Origin: Eledone cirrhosa
Lineage: Eukaryota
Reading direction: 5' to 3'
DNA length: 64,000 bases
NCBI GenBank assembly: GCA_964016885.1
Contig: OZ024744.1
Location: 75,950,001-76,014,000 of the forward strand
Below the pieces are notes generated by a model, which made no database searches, was not told the origin of the DNA, and saw only the letters and a list, made by a program, of their open reading frames with translations. A program made the position numbers and the translations under genes. Positions 40,026 through 55,600 of the stretch are shown piece by piece (position 1 is the first letter of the stretch; the number at the start of each line of letters is the position of its first letter).

Positions 40026-40615
40026 TATTTGGATGTTAGGTGTTTGTCTCCTGTTTGTACAAGCTGGCTCCATGTTTCTCACAAAGACATCAAGAGATGG
40101 CATGTTGTAACTGATAAGTTCAAGTAAGTTATAAGTTCATGATGTCTAGGATAGCTGATAATTGCCATGTTTTGGGAGAAGAATGTATTTCGGTGTTAGG
40201 GATTTGTGTTTTAATTGTGTGCCTTGTGTTCGAGAGAAGTATTGTTCTAGAAAATGTCTGTCAAAACAAGAAAATTATAAGCTTGTTTAAAATAACTTGT
40301 TTGATGCTAAAATGATAGTATGACATTAAAATAACGATAAAAAGTATTTGCTATTATGTACTTTTAACAGTGCTGTTGATCATATGTGGTAAAATATTGT
40401 TTAGAGTTACATTAGAATTACAGTATTTTTCGTAGGATATGATCAGTTCCAATTCTTCCATTTAGGGATTTCCTGAGATTTGAGATAATAATTATCCCTT
40501 TTGCTATTGTTCCTAAGAAACCAACAACCACGGATATTGTTTGAGTATTAAGTTCTACTTTTTGGTAGGTCTTGACATAGACATCTATATCAAGTGGGAC
40601 AGTCCTATTGTTGAT
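40021..40615 (-). mobile_element. 3' end of an R4/Dong-like LINE (RLE C-terminus + putative 3'UTR) that runs directly into the satellite
   Basis: ORF 40418-40633: TVPLDIDVYVKTYQK...TQTISVVVGFLGTIAKG...GTDHILRKIL stop, matching the RLE motifs xxPxDxN...K, IPVVVGALG and GTAHILRKVL; AAT tail near 40021-40030. Confidence 0.8.
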
Positions 40616-43600
40616 AGGTGTTGACAGATACATCTATATCAAGTGGGACAGTCCTATTGTTGGTAGGTGTTGTCATAGACATCTATATCAATTGGGACAG
40701 TCCTATTGTTGGTTGGTGTTGACATAGATATCTATATCAAGTGGGACAGTCCTATTGTTGGTTGGTGTTGACATAGACATCTATATCAAGTGGGACAGTC
40801 CTATTGTTGGTAGGTGTTGACATAGACATCTATATCAAGTGGGACAGTCCTCTTGTTGATAGGTGTTGACAGATACATCTATATCAAGTGGGACAGTCCT
40901 ATTGTTGGTAGGTGTTGTCATAGACATCTATATCAATTGGGACAGTCCTATTGTTGGTTGGTGTTGACATAGATATCTATATCAAGTGGGACAGTCCTAT
41001 TGTTGGTAGGTGTTGACATAGACATCTATATCAAGTGGGACAGTCCTATTGTTGGTAGGTGTTGACAGATACATCTATATCAAGTGGGACAGTCCTATTG
41101 TTGTTAGGTGTTGACATTGATATCTATATCAAGTGGGACAGTCCTATTGTTGGTAGGTGTTGACATAGACATCTATATCAAGTGGGACAGTCCTATTGTT
41201 GGTAGGTGTTGACAAAGACATCTATATCAAGTGGGACAGTCCTATTGTTGGTAGGTGTTGACATAGACATCTATATCAAGTGGGACAATCCTATTGTTGG
41301 TAGGTGTTGACATAGACATCTATATCAAGTGGGACAGTCCTATTGTTGGTAGGTGTTGACAGATACATCTATATCAAGTGGGACAATCCTATTGTTGGTA
41401 GGTGTTGACAGATACATCTATATCAAGTGGGACAGTCCTATTGTTGGTAGGTGTTGACATAGACATATATATCAAGTGGGACAGTCCTATTGTTGGTAGG
41501 TGTTGACATAGACATCTATATCAAGGGGGACAATCCTATTGTTGGTAGGTGTTGACAGATATATCTATATCAAGTGGGACAGTCCTATTGTTGGTAGGTG
41601 TTGACATAGACATCTATATCAAGTGGGACTGTCCTATTGTTGATAGCTGTTGACATATACATCTATATCAAGTGGGACAGTCCTATTGTTGGTAGGTGTT
41701 GACATAGACATATATATCCAGTGGGACAGTCCTATTGTTGGTAGGTGTTGACAGATACATCTATATCAAGTGGGATAGTCCTATTGTTACTAGGTGTTGA
41801 CATAGACATCTATATTAAGTGGGACAGTCCTATTATTGTTGGTAGGTGTTGACATAGACATCTATATCAAGTGGGACAGTCCTATTGGTGGTAGGTGTTG
41901 ACAGATATATCTATATCAAGTGGGACAGTCCTATTGTTGGTAGGTGTTGACATAGACATATATATCAAGTGGGACAGTCCTATTATTGTTGGTAGGTGTT
42001 GACATAGACATCTATATCAAGTGGGATAGTCCTATTGTTGGTAGGTGTTGACATAGACATCTATATCAAGTGGGACAATCCTATTGTTGGTAGGTGTTGA
42101 CAGATACATCTATATCAAGTGGGACAGTCCTATTGTTGGTAAGTGTTGACATAGACATCTATATCAAGTGGGACAGTCCTATTGTTGGTAGGTGTTGACA
42201 TAAACATCTATATCAAGTGGGACAGTCCTATTGTAGGTAGGTGTTGACAGATACATCTATATCAATTGGGACAGTCCTATTGTTGGTAGGTGTTGACATA
42301 GACATCTATATAAAGTGGGACAGTTCTATTGTTGGTAGGTGTTGACAGATATATCTATATCAAGTGGGACAGTCCTATTGTTGGAAGGTGTTGACATAGA
42401 CATATATATCAAGTGGGACAGTCCTATTATTGTTGGTAGGTGTTGACATAGACATCTAAATCAAGTGTGACAGTCCTATTGTTGATAGGTGTTGACAGAT
42501 ACATCTATATCAAGTGGGACAATCCTATTGTTGGTAGGTGTTGACAGATACATCTATACCAAGTGGGACAGTCCTATTGTTGGTAGGTGTTGACGTAGAC
42601 ATCTATATCAAGTGGGACAGTCCTATCGTTGGTAGGTGTTGACATAGACATCTATATCAAGTGGGACAGTCCTATTGTTAGTAGGTGTTGACATAGATAT
42701 ATATATCAAGTGGGACAATCCTACTGTTGGTAGGTGTTGACATAGACATCTATATCAAATGGGACAGTCCTATTGTTGGTAGGTGTTGACATAGACATCT
42801 ATATCAAGTGGGACAGACCTATTGTTGGTAGGTGTTGACATAGACATATATATCAAGTGGGACAATCCTATTTTTGGTAGGTGTTGACAGATACATCTAT
42901 ATCAAGTGGGACAGTCCTATTGTTAGTAGGTGTTGACATAGACATCTATATAAAGTGGGACAATCCTATTCTTGGTAGGTGTTGACAGATACATCTATAT
43001 CAAATCGGACAGTCCTATTGTTGGTAGGTGTTGACAGATACATCTATATATAGTGGGACAGTCCTATTGTTTGTAGGTGATGACATAGACATCTATATCA
43101 AGTGGGACAGTCCTATAGTTGGTATGTGTTGACAGATACATCTATATCAAGTGGGACAGTCCTATTGTTGGTAGGTGTTGACATAGACATCTATATCAAG
43201 TGGGACAGTCCTATTGTTGGTAGGTGTTGACATAGACATCTATATCAAGTGGGACAATCCTATTGTTGGTAGGTGTTGACAGATACATCTATATCAAGTG
43301 GGACAGTCCTCTTGTTGGTAGGTGTTGACATAGACATCTGTATGAAGTGGGATAGTCCTATTGTTGGTAGGTGTTGACAGATACATCTATATCAAGTGGG
43401 ACAGTCCTATTGTTGGAAGGTGTTGACATAGACATCTATATAAAGTGGGACAATCCTATTGTAGGTAGGTGTTGACAGATACATCTAAATAAGTGGGACA
43501 GTCCTATTATGTGTAGGTGTTGATATAGACATCTATATCAAGTGGGACAATTCTATTTTTGGTAGGTGTTGATATAGATATCTATATCAAGTGAGACAGT

Positions 43601-46600
43601 CCTATTGTGGGTAGGTGTTGACATAGACATCTATATCAAGTGTGACAATCCTATTGTTGGTAGGTGTTGACATAGACATCTATATCAAGTGGGACAGTCC
43701 TCTTGTTGGTAGGTGTTGACATAGACATCTATATCAAGTGCGATAGTCCTATTGTTGGTAGGTGTTGACATAGACATCTATATCAAGTGGGACAGTCCTA
43801 ATGTTGGTAGGTGTTGACATAGATATCTATATCAAGTGGGGCAGTCCTATTGTTGGTAGGTGTTGACATAGACATCTATATCAAGTGGGACAGTCCTATT
43901 GTTGGTAGGTGTTGACAGATACATCTATATCAAGTGGGAAAATCCTATTGTTGGTAAGTGTTGACATAGACATATATATCAAAAGGGACAGTCCTATTGT
44001 TGGTAGGTGTTGACATAGACATCTATATGAAGTGGGACAGTCCTATTGTTGGTAGGTGTTGACAGATACATATATATCAAGTGGGACAGTCCTATTGGTG
44101 GTAGGTGTTGACAGATACATCTATATCAAGTGGGACATTCCTCTTTTTGGTAGGTGTTGACAGATACATCTATATGAAGTGGGACAGTCCTATTGTTAGT
44201 AGGTGTCGACATAGACATCTATATGAAGTGGGATAGTCCTATTGTTGGTAGGTGTTGACAGATACATCTATATCAAGTGGGACAGTCCTATTGTTGGTAG
44301 GTATTGACATAGACATCTATATCAATTGGGACAGTCCTATTGTTGGTAGGTGTTGACATAGACATATATATCAAGTGGGACAGTCCTATTGTTGGTAGGT
44401 GTTGACATAGACATCTATATCAAGTGGGACACTCCTATTGTTGGTAGGTGTTGACATAGACATCTATATCAAGTGGGACAGTCCTCTTGTTGGTAGGTGT
44501 TGACATAGACATCTATATCAAGTGGGACAGTCCCATTGTTGGTAGGTGTTGACAGATACAACTATATCAAGTGGTACAGTCCTATTGTTGGTAGGAGTTG
44601 ACATAGACATCTATACCAAGTGGGACAGTCCTATTGTTGGTAGGTGTTGACATAGACATCTATATCAAGTGGGACAGTCCTATTGTTGGTAGGTGTTGAC
44701 ATAGACATCTATATCAAATGGGACAGTCCTATTGTTGGTAGGTGTTGACATAGACATCTATATCAAGTGGGACAGTCCTATTGTTGGTAGGTGTTGACAG
44801 ATACATCTATATGAAGTGGGACAGTCCTATTGTTAGTAGGTGTTGACATAGACATCTATATAAAGTGGGATAGTCCTATTGTTGGTAGGTGTTGACAGAA
44901 ACATCTATATAAAGTGGGACAGTCCTATTGTTGGTAGGTGTGACAGATATATCTATATCAAGTGGGACAGTCCTATTGTTGGTAGGTGTTGACATAGACA
45001 TCTATATGAAGTGGGATAGTCCAATTGTTGGTAGGTGTTGACAGATACATCTATATCAAGTGGGACAGTCCTATTGTTGGAAGGTGTTGACATAGACATC
45101 TATATAAAATGGGACAATCCTATTGTAGGTAGGTGTTGACTGATACAGCTATATAAGTGGGACAGTCCTATTATGTGTAGGTGTTGACATAGACATCTAT
45201 ATCAAGTGAGACAGTCCTATTGTGGGTAGGTGTTGACGTAGACATCTATATCAAGTGGGACAATCCTATTGTTGGTAGGTGTTGACATAAACATCTATAT
45301 CAAGTGGGACAGTGCTATTGTTGGTAGGTGTTGACATAGACATCTATATCAAGTGGGACAGTCCTATTGTTGGTAGGTGTTCAGAGATACATCTATATCA
45401 AGTGGGACAGTCCTCTTGTTGGTAGGTGTTGACATAGACATCTATATCAAGTGCGATAGTCCTATTGTTGGTAGGTGTTGACATAGACATCTATATCAAT
45501 TGGGACAGTCCTATTGTTCGTAGGTGTTGACAGATACATCTATATAAATGGGCCAGTCCTATTGTGTGTAGGTGTTGACATAGACATCTATATCAAGTGG
45601 GACAGTCCTCTTGTTGGTAGGTGTTGACATAGACATCTATATCAAGTGGGACAATCCTATTGTTGGTAGGTGTTGACAGATACATCTATATAAATGGGCC
45701 AGTCCTATTGTTGGTAGGTGTTGACATAGACATCTATATCAAGTGGGACAGTCCTCTTGTTGGTAGGTGTTGACATAGACATCTATATAAAGTGGGACAG
45801 TCCTATTGTTGATAGGTGTTGACATAGACATCTATATCAAGTGGGACAGTCCTATTGCTGGTAGGTGTTGACAGATACATCTATATCAAGTGGGACAGCC
45901 CTATTGTTGGTAGGTGTTGACAGATACATCTATATCAAGTGGGACAGTCCTATTGTTGGTAGGTGTTGACAGATACATCTATATCAAGTGGGACAGTCCT
46001 ATTGTTGGTAGGTGTTGACATAGACATCTATATCAAGTGGGACAGTCCTCTTGTTGGTAGGTGTTGACATAGACATCTATATCAAGTGGGACAGTCCTAT
46101 TGTTTGTTGGTGTTGACAGATATATCTATATCAAGTGGGACAGTCCTATTGTTGGTAGGTGTTGGCAGATACATCTATATCAAGTGGGACAGTCCTATTG
46201 TTGGTAGGTGTTGACATAGACATCTATATCAAGTGGGACAGTCCTATTGTTGGTAGGTGTTGACATATACATCTATATCAAGTGGGACAGTCCTCTTGTT
46301 GGTAGGTGTTGACAGATACATCTATATCAAGTGGGACAGTACTGTTGTTGTTAGGTGTTGACATAGACATATATATCAAGTGGGACAGTCCTATTGTTGG
46401 TAGGTGTTGACAGATACATCTATATCAAGTGGGACAGTCCTAATGTTGGTAGGTGTTGACATAGACATCTATATCAAGTGGAACAATCCTATTGTTGGTA
46501 GGTGTTGACAGATACATCTATATAAAGTGGGACAGTCCTATTGTTGGTAGGTGTTGACAGATACATCTATATCAAGTGGGACAGTCCTATTGTTGGTAGG

Positions 46601-49600
46601 TGTTGACATAGACATCTAGATCAAGTGGGACAGTCCTATTGTTGGTAGGTGTTGACATAGTCATCTATATCAAGTGGGACAGTCCTATTTTTCGTAGGTG
46701 TTGACAGATACATCTATATGAAGTGGGACAGTCCTATTGTTGGTAGGTGTTGACAGATACATCTATATCAAGTGGGACAGTCCTATTGTTGGTAGGTGTT
46801 GACATAGACATCTATATCAAGTGGGACAATCCTATTGTTGGTAGGTGTTGACAGATACATCTACATAAGTGGGACAGTCCTATTGTGTGTAGGTGTTGAC
46901 AGATACATCTATATCAAGTGGGACAGTCCTATTTTTGGTAGGTGTTGACAGATACATCTATATGAAGTGGGACAGTCCTATTGTTAGTAGGTGTTGACAT
47001 AGACATCTATATAAAGTGGGATAATCCTATTGTTGGTAGGTGTTGACAGATACATCTATATCAAATGGGACAGTCCTATTGTGTGTAAGTGTTGACATAG
47101 ACATCTATATCAAGTGGGACAGTCCTCTTGTTGGTAGGTGTTGACATAGACATCTATATCAAGTGGGACAGTCCTATTGTTGCTAGGTGTTGAGATAGAC
47201 ATCTATATCAAGTGGGACAGTCCTATTGTTGGTAGGTGTTGACATAGACATCTTTATCAAGTAGGACAATCCTATTGTTGGTAGGTGTTGACAGATACAT
47301 CTATATAAGTGGGACAGTCCTATTGTGTGTAGGCGTTGACATTGACATCTATATCAAGTGGGACAATCCTATTGTTGGTAGGTGTTGACAGATACATCTA
47401 TATCCAGTGGGACAGTCCTATTGTTGGTAGGTGTTGACAGATACATCTATATCAAGTGGGACAGTCCTATTTTTCGTAGGTGTTGACAGATACATCTATA
47501 TGAAGTGGGACAGTCCTATTGTTAGTAGGTGTTGACGTAGACATCTATATAAAGTGGGACAATCCTATTGTTGGTAGGTGTTGACAGATACATTTATATA
47601 AGTGGGACAGTCCTATTGTGTGTAGGTTTGAAAGATACATCTATATCAAGTGGGACAGTCCTATTGTTGGTAGGTGTTGACAGATATATCTATATCAAGT
47701 GGGACAGTCCTATTGTTGGTAGGTGTTGACATACATATCTATATCAAGTGGGACAATCCTATTGTTGGTAGGTGTTGACATAGACATCTATATCAAGTGG
47801 GATAGTCCTATTGTTGGTAGGTGTTGACAGATACATCTATATCAAGTGGGACAGCCCTATTGTTGGTAGGTGTTGACAGATACATCGATATCAAGTGGGA
47901 CAATCCTATTGTTGGTAGGTGTTGACAGATACATCTATATCAAGTGGGACAGTCCTATTGTTGGTAGGTGTTGACAGATACATCTATATCAAGTGGGACA
48001 GTACTACTGTTGGTAGAGGTTGACAGATATATCTATATCAAGTGGGACAGTCCTATTGTTGGTAGGTGTTGACAGATACATCTATATCAAGTGGGACAGT
48101 CCTATTGTTGGTAGGTGTTGACATATACATCTATATCAAGTGGGACAGTCCTCTTGTTGGTAGGTGTTGACAGATACATCTATATCAAGTGGGACAGTAC
48201 TGTTGTTGTTAGGTGTTGACATAGACATATATATCAAGTGGGACAGTCCTATTGTTGGTAGGTGTTGACAGATACATCTATATCAAGTGGGACAGTCCTA
48301 ATGTTGGTAGGTGTTGACATAGACATCTATATCAAGTGGAACAATCCTATTGTTGGTAGGTGTTGACAGATACATCTATATAAAGTGGGACAGTCCTATT
48401 GTTGGTAGGTGTTGACAGATACATCTATATCAAGTGGGACAGTCCTATTGTTGGTAGGTGTTGACATAGACATCTAGATCAAGTGGGACAGTCCTATTGT
48501 TGGTAGGTGTTGACATAGTCATCTATATCAAGTGGGACAGTCCTATTTTTCGTAGGTGTTGACAGATACATCTATATGAAGTGGGACAGTCCTATTGTTG
48601 GTAGGTGTTGACAGATACATCTATATCAAGTGGGACAGTCCTATTGTTGGTAGGTGTTGACATAGACATCTATATCAAGTGGGACAATCCTATTGTTGGT
48701 AGGTGTTGACAGATACATCTACATAAGTGGGACAGTCCTATTGTGTGTAGGTGTTGACAGATACATCTATATCAAGTGGGACAGTCCTATTTTTGGTAGG
48801 TGTTGACAGATACATCTATATGAAGTGGGACAGTCCTATTGTTAGTAGGTGTTGACATAGACATCTATATAAAGTGGGATAGTCCTATTGTTGGTAGGTG
48901 TTGACAGATACATCTATATCAAATGGGACAGTCCTATTGTGTGTAAGTGTTGACATAGACATCTATATCAAGTGGGACAGTCCTCTTGTTGGTAGGTGTT
49001 GACATAGACATCTATATCAAGTGGGACAGTCCTATTGTTGCTAGGTGTTGAGATAGACATCTATATCAAGTGGGACAGTCCTATTGTTGGTAGGTGTTGA
49101 CATAGACATCTTTATCAAGTAGGACAATCCTATTGTTGGTAGGTGTTGACAGATACATCTATATAAGTGGGACAGTCCTATTGTGTGTAGGCGTTGACAT
49201 TGACATCTATATCAAGTGGGACAATCCTATTGTTGGTAGGTGTTGACAGATACATCTATATCCAGTGGGACAGTCCTATTGTTGGTAGGTGTTGACAGAT
49301 ACATCTATATCAAGTGGAACAGTCCTATTTTTCGTAGGTGTTGACAGATACATCTATATGAAGTGGGACAGTCCTATTGTTAGTAGGTGTTGACGTAGAC
49401 ATCTATATAAAGTGGGACAATCCTATTGTTGGTAGGTGTTGACAGATACATTTATATAAGTGGGACAGTCCTATTGTGTGTAGGTTTTGACATAGACATC
49501 TATATCAAGTGGGACAATCCTATTGTTGGTAGGTGTTGACAGATACATCTATATCAAGTGGGACAGTCCTATTGTTGGTAGGTGTTGACATAGACATCTA

Positions 49601-52600
49601 TATCAAGTGGGACAATCCTATTGTTGGTAGGTGTTGACAGATACATCTATATAAGTGGGACAGTCCTATTGTGTGTAGGTTTTGACATAGACATCTATAT
49701 CAAGTGGGACAATCCTATTGTTGGTAGGTGTTGACATAGACATCTATATCAAGTGGGATAGTCCTCTTGTTGGTAGGTGTTGACAGATACATCTATATCA
49801 ATTGGGACAGTCCTATTGTTGGTAGGTGTTGACATAGACATCTATATCAATTGGGACAGACCTATTGTTGGTAGGTGTTGACATAGACATCTATATCAAG
49901 TGGGACCGTCCTATTGTTGGTAGGTGTTGACAGATACATCTATATCAAGTTGGACAGTCCTATAGTTGGTAGGTTTGAAAGATATATCTATATCAAGTGG
50001 GACAGTCCTATTGTTGGTAGGTGTTGACAGATATATCTATATCAAGTGGGACAGTCCTATTGTTGGTAGGTGTTGACATACATATCTATATCAAGTGGGA
50101 CAATCCTATTGTTGGTAGGTGTTGACATAGACATCTATATCAAGTGGGATAGTCCTATTGTTGGTAGGTGTTGACAGATACATCTATATCAAGTGGGACA
50201 GCCCTATTGTTGGTAGGTGTTGACAGATACATCTATATCAAGTGGGACAGTCCTATTGTTGGTAGGTGTTGACAGATATATCTATATCAAGTGGGACAGT
50301 CCTATTGTTGGTAGGTGTTGACATAGACATGTATATCAAGTGGGACAGTCCTATTGTTAGTAGGTGTTGACATAGACATGTATATCAAGTGGGACAATCC
50401 TATTGTTGGTAGGTGATGACAGATATATCTATATCAAGTGGGACAGTCCTATTGTTGGTAGGTGTTGACAGATACATCTATATCAAGTGGGACAGTCCTC
50501 TTTTTGGTAGGTGTTGACAGATACATCTATATGAAGTGGGACAGTCCTATTGTTAGTAGGTGTTGACATAGACATCTATATAAAGTGGGATAGTCCTATT
50601 GTTGGTAGGTGTTGACAGATACATCTATATCAAATGGGACAGTCCTATTGTGTGTAAGTGTTGACATAGACATCTATATCAAGTGGGACAGTCCTCTTGT
50701 TGGTAGGTGTTGACATAGACATCTATATCAAGTGGGACAGTCCTATTGTTGGTAGGTGTTGACATAGACATCTATATCAAGTGGGACAGTCCTATTGTTG
50801 GTAGGTGTTGACATAGACATCTATATCAAGTGGGACAATCCTATTGTTGGTAGGTGTTGACAGATACATCTATATAAGTGGGACAATCCTATTGTGTGTA
50901 GGTGTTGACATAGACATCTATATCAAGTGGGACAATCCTATTGTTGGTAGGTGTTGACATAGACATCTATATCAAGTGGGACAGTCCTCTTGTTGGTAGG
51001 TGGTGACAGATACTTCTATATCAATTGGGACAGTCCTATTGTTGGTAGGTGTTGACATAGACATCTATATGAAGTGGGACAATCCTATTATTGGTAGGTG
51101 TTGACAGATACATCTATATCAAGTGGGACAGTCCTATTGTCGGTAGGTGTTGACAGATATATCTATATCAAGTAGGACAGTCCTATTGTTGGTAGGTGTT
51201 GACAGATACATCTATATCAAGTGGGACAGTCCTATTGTTGGTAGGTGTTGACATAGACATCTATATCAAGTGGGACAGTCCTATTGTTGGTAGGTGTTGA
51301 CAGATACATCTATATCAAGTGGGATTGTCCTATTGTTGGTAGGTGTTGACAGATACATCTATATAAGTGGCACAGTCCTATTGTGTGTAAGTGTTGAATT
51401 AGACATCTATATCAAGTGGGACAGTCCTCTTGTTGGTAGGTGTTGACATAGACATCTATATCAAGTGGGAGAGTCCTATTGTTGGTAGGTGTTGACATAG
51501 ACATCTATATCAAGTGGGACAGTCCTATTGTTGGTAGGTGTTGACAGATACATCTATATCAAGTGGGACAGTCCTATTGTTGGTAGGTGTTGACATAGAC
51601 ATCTATATCAAGTGGGACAGTCCTATTGTTGGTAGGTGTTGACAGATACATCTATATAAATGGGCCAGTCCTATTGTGTGTAGGTGTTGACATAGACATC
51701 TATATCAAGTGGGACAGTCCTCTTGTTGGTAGGTGTTGACATAGACATCTATATAAAGTGGGACAGTCCTATTGTTGATAGGTGTTGACATAGACATCTA
51801 TATCAAATGGGTCAGTCCTATTGTTGATAGGTGTTGACATAGACATCTATATCAAGTGGGACAGTCCTATTGCTGGTAGGTGTTGACAGATACATCTATA
51901 TCAAGTGGGACAGCCCTATTGTTGGTAGGTGTTGACAGATACATCTATATCAAGTGGGACAGTCCTATTGTTGGTAGGTGTTGACAGATACATCTATATC
52001 AAGTGGGACAGTCCTATTGTTGGTAGGTGTTGACAGATACATCTATATCAAGTGGGACAGTCCTATTGTTGGTAGGTGTTGACATAGACATCTATATCAA
52101 GTGGGACAGTCCTCTTGTTGGTAGGTGTTGACATAGACATCTATATCAAGTGGTACAGTCCTATTGTTTGTTGGTGTTGACAGATATATCTATATCAAGT
52201 GGGACAGTCCTATTGTTGGTAGGTGTTGACAGATACATCTATATCAAGTGGGACAGTCCTATTGTTGGTAGGTGTTGACATAGACATCTATATCAAGTGG
52301 GACAGTCCTATTGTTGGTAGGTGTTGACATATACATCTATATCAAGTGGGACAGTCCTCTTGTTGATAGGTGTTGACAGATACATCTATATCAAGTGGGA
52401 CAGTACTATTGTTGTTAGGTGTTGACATAGACATATATATCAAGTGGGACAGTCCTATTGTTGGTAGGTGTTGACAGATACATCTATATCAAGTGGGACA
52501 GTCCTAATGTTGGTAGGTGTTGACATAGACATCTATATCAAGTGGAACAATCCTATTGTTTGTAGGTTTTGACAGATACATCTATATAAAGTGGGACAGT

Positions 52601-55600
52601 CCTATTGTTGGTAGGTGTTGACAGATACATCTATATCAAGTGGGACAGTCCTATTGTTGGTAGGTGTTGACATAGACATCTATATCAAGTGGGACAGTCC
52701 TATTGTTGGTAGGTGTTGACATAGTCATCTATATCAAGTGGGACAGTCCTATTTTTCGTAGGTGTTGACAGATACATCTATATGAAGTGGGACAGTCCTA
52801 TTGTTGGTAGGTGTTGACAGATACATCTATATCAAGTGGGACAGTCCTATTGTTGGTAGGTGTTGACATAGACATCTATATCAAGTGGGACAATCCTATT
52901 GTTGGTAGGTGTTGACAGATACATCTATATAAGTGGGACAGTCCTATTGTGTGTAGGTGTTGACAGATACATCTATATCAAGTGGGACAGTCCTATTTTT
53001 GGTAGGTGTTGACAAATACATCTATATGAAGTGGGACAGTCCTATTGTTAGTAGGTGTTGACATAGACATCTATATAAAGTGGGATAGTCCTATTGTTGG
53101 TAGGTGTTGACAGATACATCTATATCAAATGGGACAGTCCTATTGTGTGTAAGTGTTGACATAGACATCTATATCAAGTGGGACAGTCCTCTTGTTGGTA
53201 GGTGTTGACATAGACATCTATATCAAGTGGGACAGTCCTATTGTTGGTAGGTGTTGAGATAGACATCTATATCAAGTGGGACAGTCCTATTTTTGGTAGG
53301 TGTTGACATAGACATCTTTATCAAGTAGGACAATCCTATTGTTGGTAGGTGTTGACAGATACATCGATATCAAGTGGGACAATCCTATTGTTGGTAGGTG
53401 TTGACAGATACATCTATATCAAGTGGGACAGTCCTATTGTTGGTAGGTGTTGACAGATACATCTATATCAAGTGGGACAGTCCTATTGTTGGTAGGTGTT
53501 GACAGATACATCTATATCAAGTGGGACAGTCCTATTGTTAGTAGGTGTTGACATAGACATGTATATCAAGTGGGACAGTCCTATTGTTGGTAGGTGTTGA
53601 CATAGACATCTATATCAAGTGGGACAATCCTATTGTTGTTAGGTGTTGAGAGATATATCTATATCAAGTGGGACAGTCCTATTGTTGGTAGGTGTTGACA
53701 GATACATCTATATCAAGTGGGACAGTCCTCTTGTTGGTAGGTGTTGACAGATACATCTATATGAAGTGGGACAGTCCTATTGTTGGTAGGTGTTGACATA
53801 GACATCTATATAAAGTGGGATAGTCCTATTGTTGGTAGGTGTTGACAGATACATCTATATCAAATGGGACAGTCCTACTGTGTGTAAGTGTTGACATAGA
53901 CATCTATATCAAGTGGGACAGTACTCTTGTTGGTAGGTGTTGACATAGACATCTATATCAAGTGGGACAGTCCTATTGTTGGTAGGTGTTGACATAGACA
54001 TCTCTATCAAGTGGGACAGTCCTACTGTTGGTAGGTGTTGACATAGCCATCTATATCAAGTGGGACAATCCTATTGTTGGTAGGTGTTGACAGATACATC
54101 TATATAAGTGGGACAATCCTATTGTGTGTAGGTGGTGACATAGACAACTATATCAAGTGGGACAATCCTATTGTTGGTAGGTGTTGACATAGACATCTAT
54201 ATCAAGTGGGACAGTCCTCTTGTTGGTAGGTTGTGACAGATACATCTATATCAATTGCGACAGTCCTATTGTTGGTAGGTGTTGACATAGACATCTATAT
54301 CAAGTGGGACAATCCTATTATTGGTAGGTGTTGACAGATACATCTATATCAATTGGGACAGTCCTATTGTTGGTAGGTGTTGACAGATATATCTATATCA
54401 AGTAGGACAGTCCTATTGTTGGTAGGTGTTGACAGATACATCTATATCAAGTGGGACAGTCCTATTGTTGGTAGGTGTTGACATAGACATCTATATCAAG
54501 TGGGACAGTCCTATTGTTGGTAGGTGTTGACAGATACATCTATATCAAGTGGGATAGTCCTATTGTTGGTAGGTGTTGACAGATACATCTATATAAGTGG
54601 GACAGTCCTATTGTGTGTAAGTGTTGAATTAGACATCTATATCAAGTGGGACAGTCCTCTTGTTGGTAGGTGTTGACATAGACATCTATATCAAGTGGGA
54701 GAGTCCTATTGTTGGTAGGTGTTGACATAGACATCTATATCAAGTGGGACAGTCCTATTGTTGGTAGGTGTTGACAGATACATCTATATCAAGTAGGACA
54801 GTCCTATTGTTGGTAGGTGTTGACATAGACATCTATATCAAGTGGGACAATCCTATTGTTGGTAGGTGTTGACAGATACATCTATAACAAGTGGGACAGT
54901 CCTATTGTTGTTAGGTGTTGACATTGACATCTATATCAATTGGGACAGTCCTATTGTTGGTAGGTGTTTACATAGACATCTATATCAAGTGGGCCAGTCC
55001 TATTGTTGGTAGGTGTTGACAGATACATCTATATTAAGTGGGACAGGCCTATTGTTGGTAGGTGTTGACATAGACATCTATATCAAGTGGGACAGTCCTA
55101 TTGTTGGTAGGTGTTGACATAGACATCTATATCAAGTGGGACAATCCTATTGTTGGTAGGTGTTGACAGATACATCTATATCAAGTGGGACAGTCCTATT
55201 GTTGGTAGAGGTTGACAGATATATCTATATCAAGTGGGACAGTCCTATTGTTGGTAGGTGTTGACAGATACATCTATATCAAGTGGGACGGACCTATTGT
55301 TGGTAGGTGTTGTCAGATATATCTATATCAAGTGGGACAGTCCTATTGTTGGTAGGTGTTGACATAGACATCTATATCAAGTTGGACAGTCCTATTGTTG
55401 GTAGGGTTTGACAGATACATCTATATCAAGTGGGACAGTCCTATTGTTGGTAGGTGTTGACATAGACATCTAAATCAAGTGGGACAGTCCTATTGTTGGT
55501 AGGTGTTGACATAGACATCTATATCAAAAGGGACAGTCCTATTGTTGGTAGGTGTTGGCAGATATATCTATATCAAGTGGGACAGTCCTATTGTTGGTAG

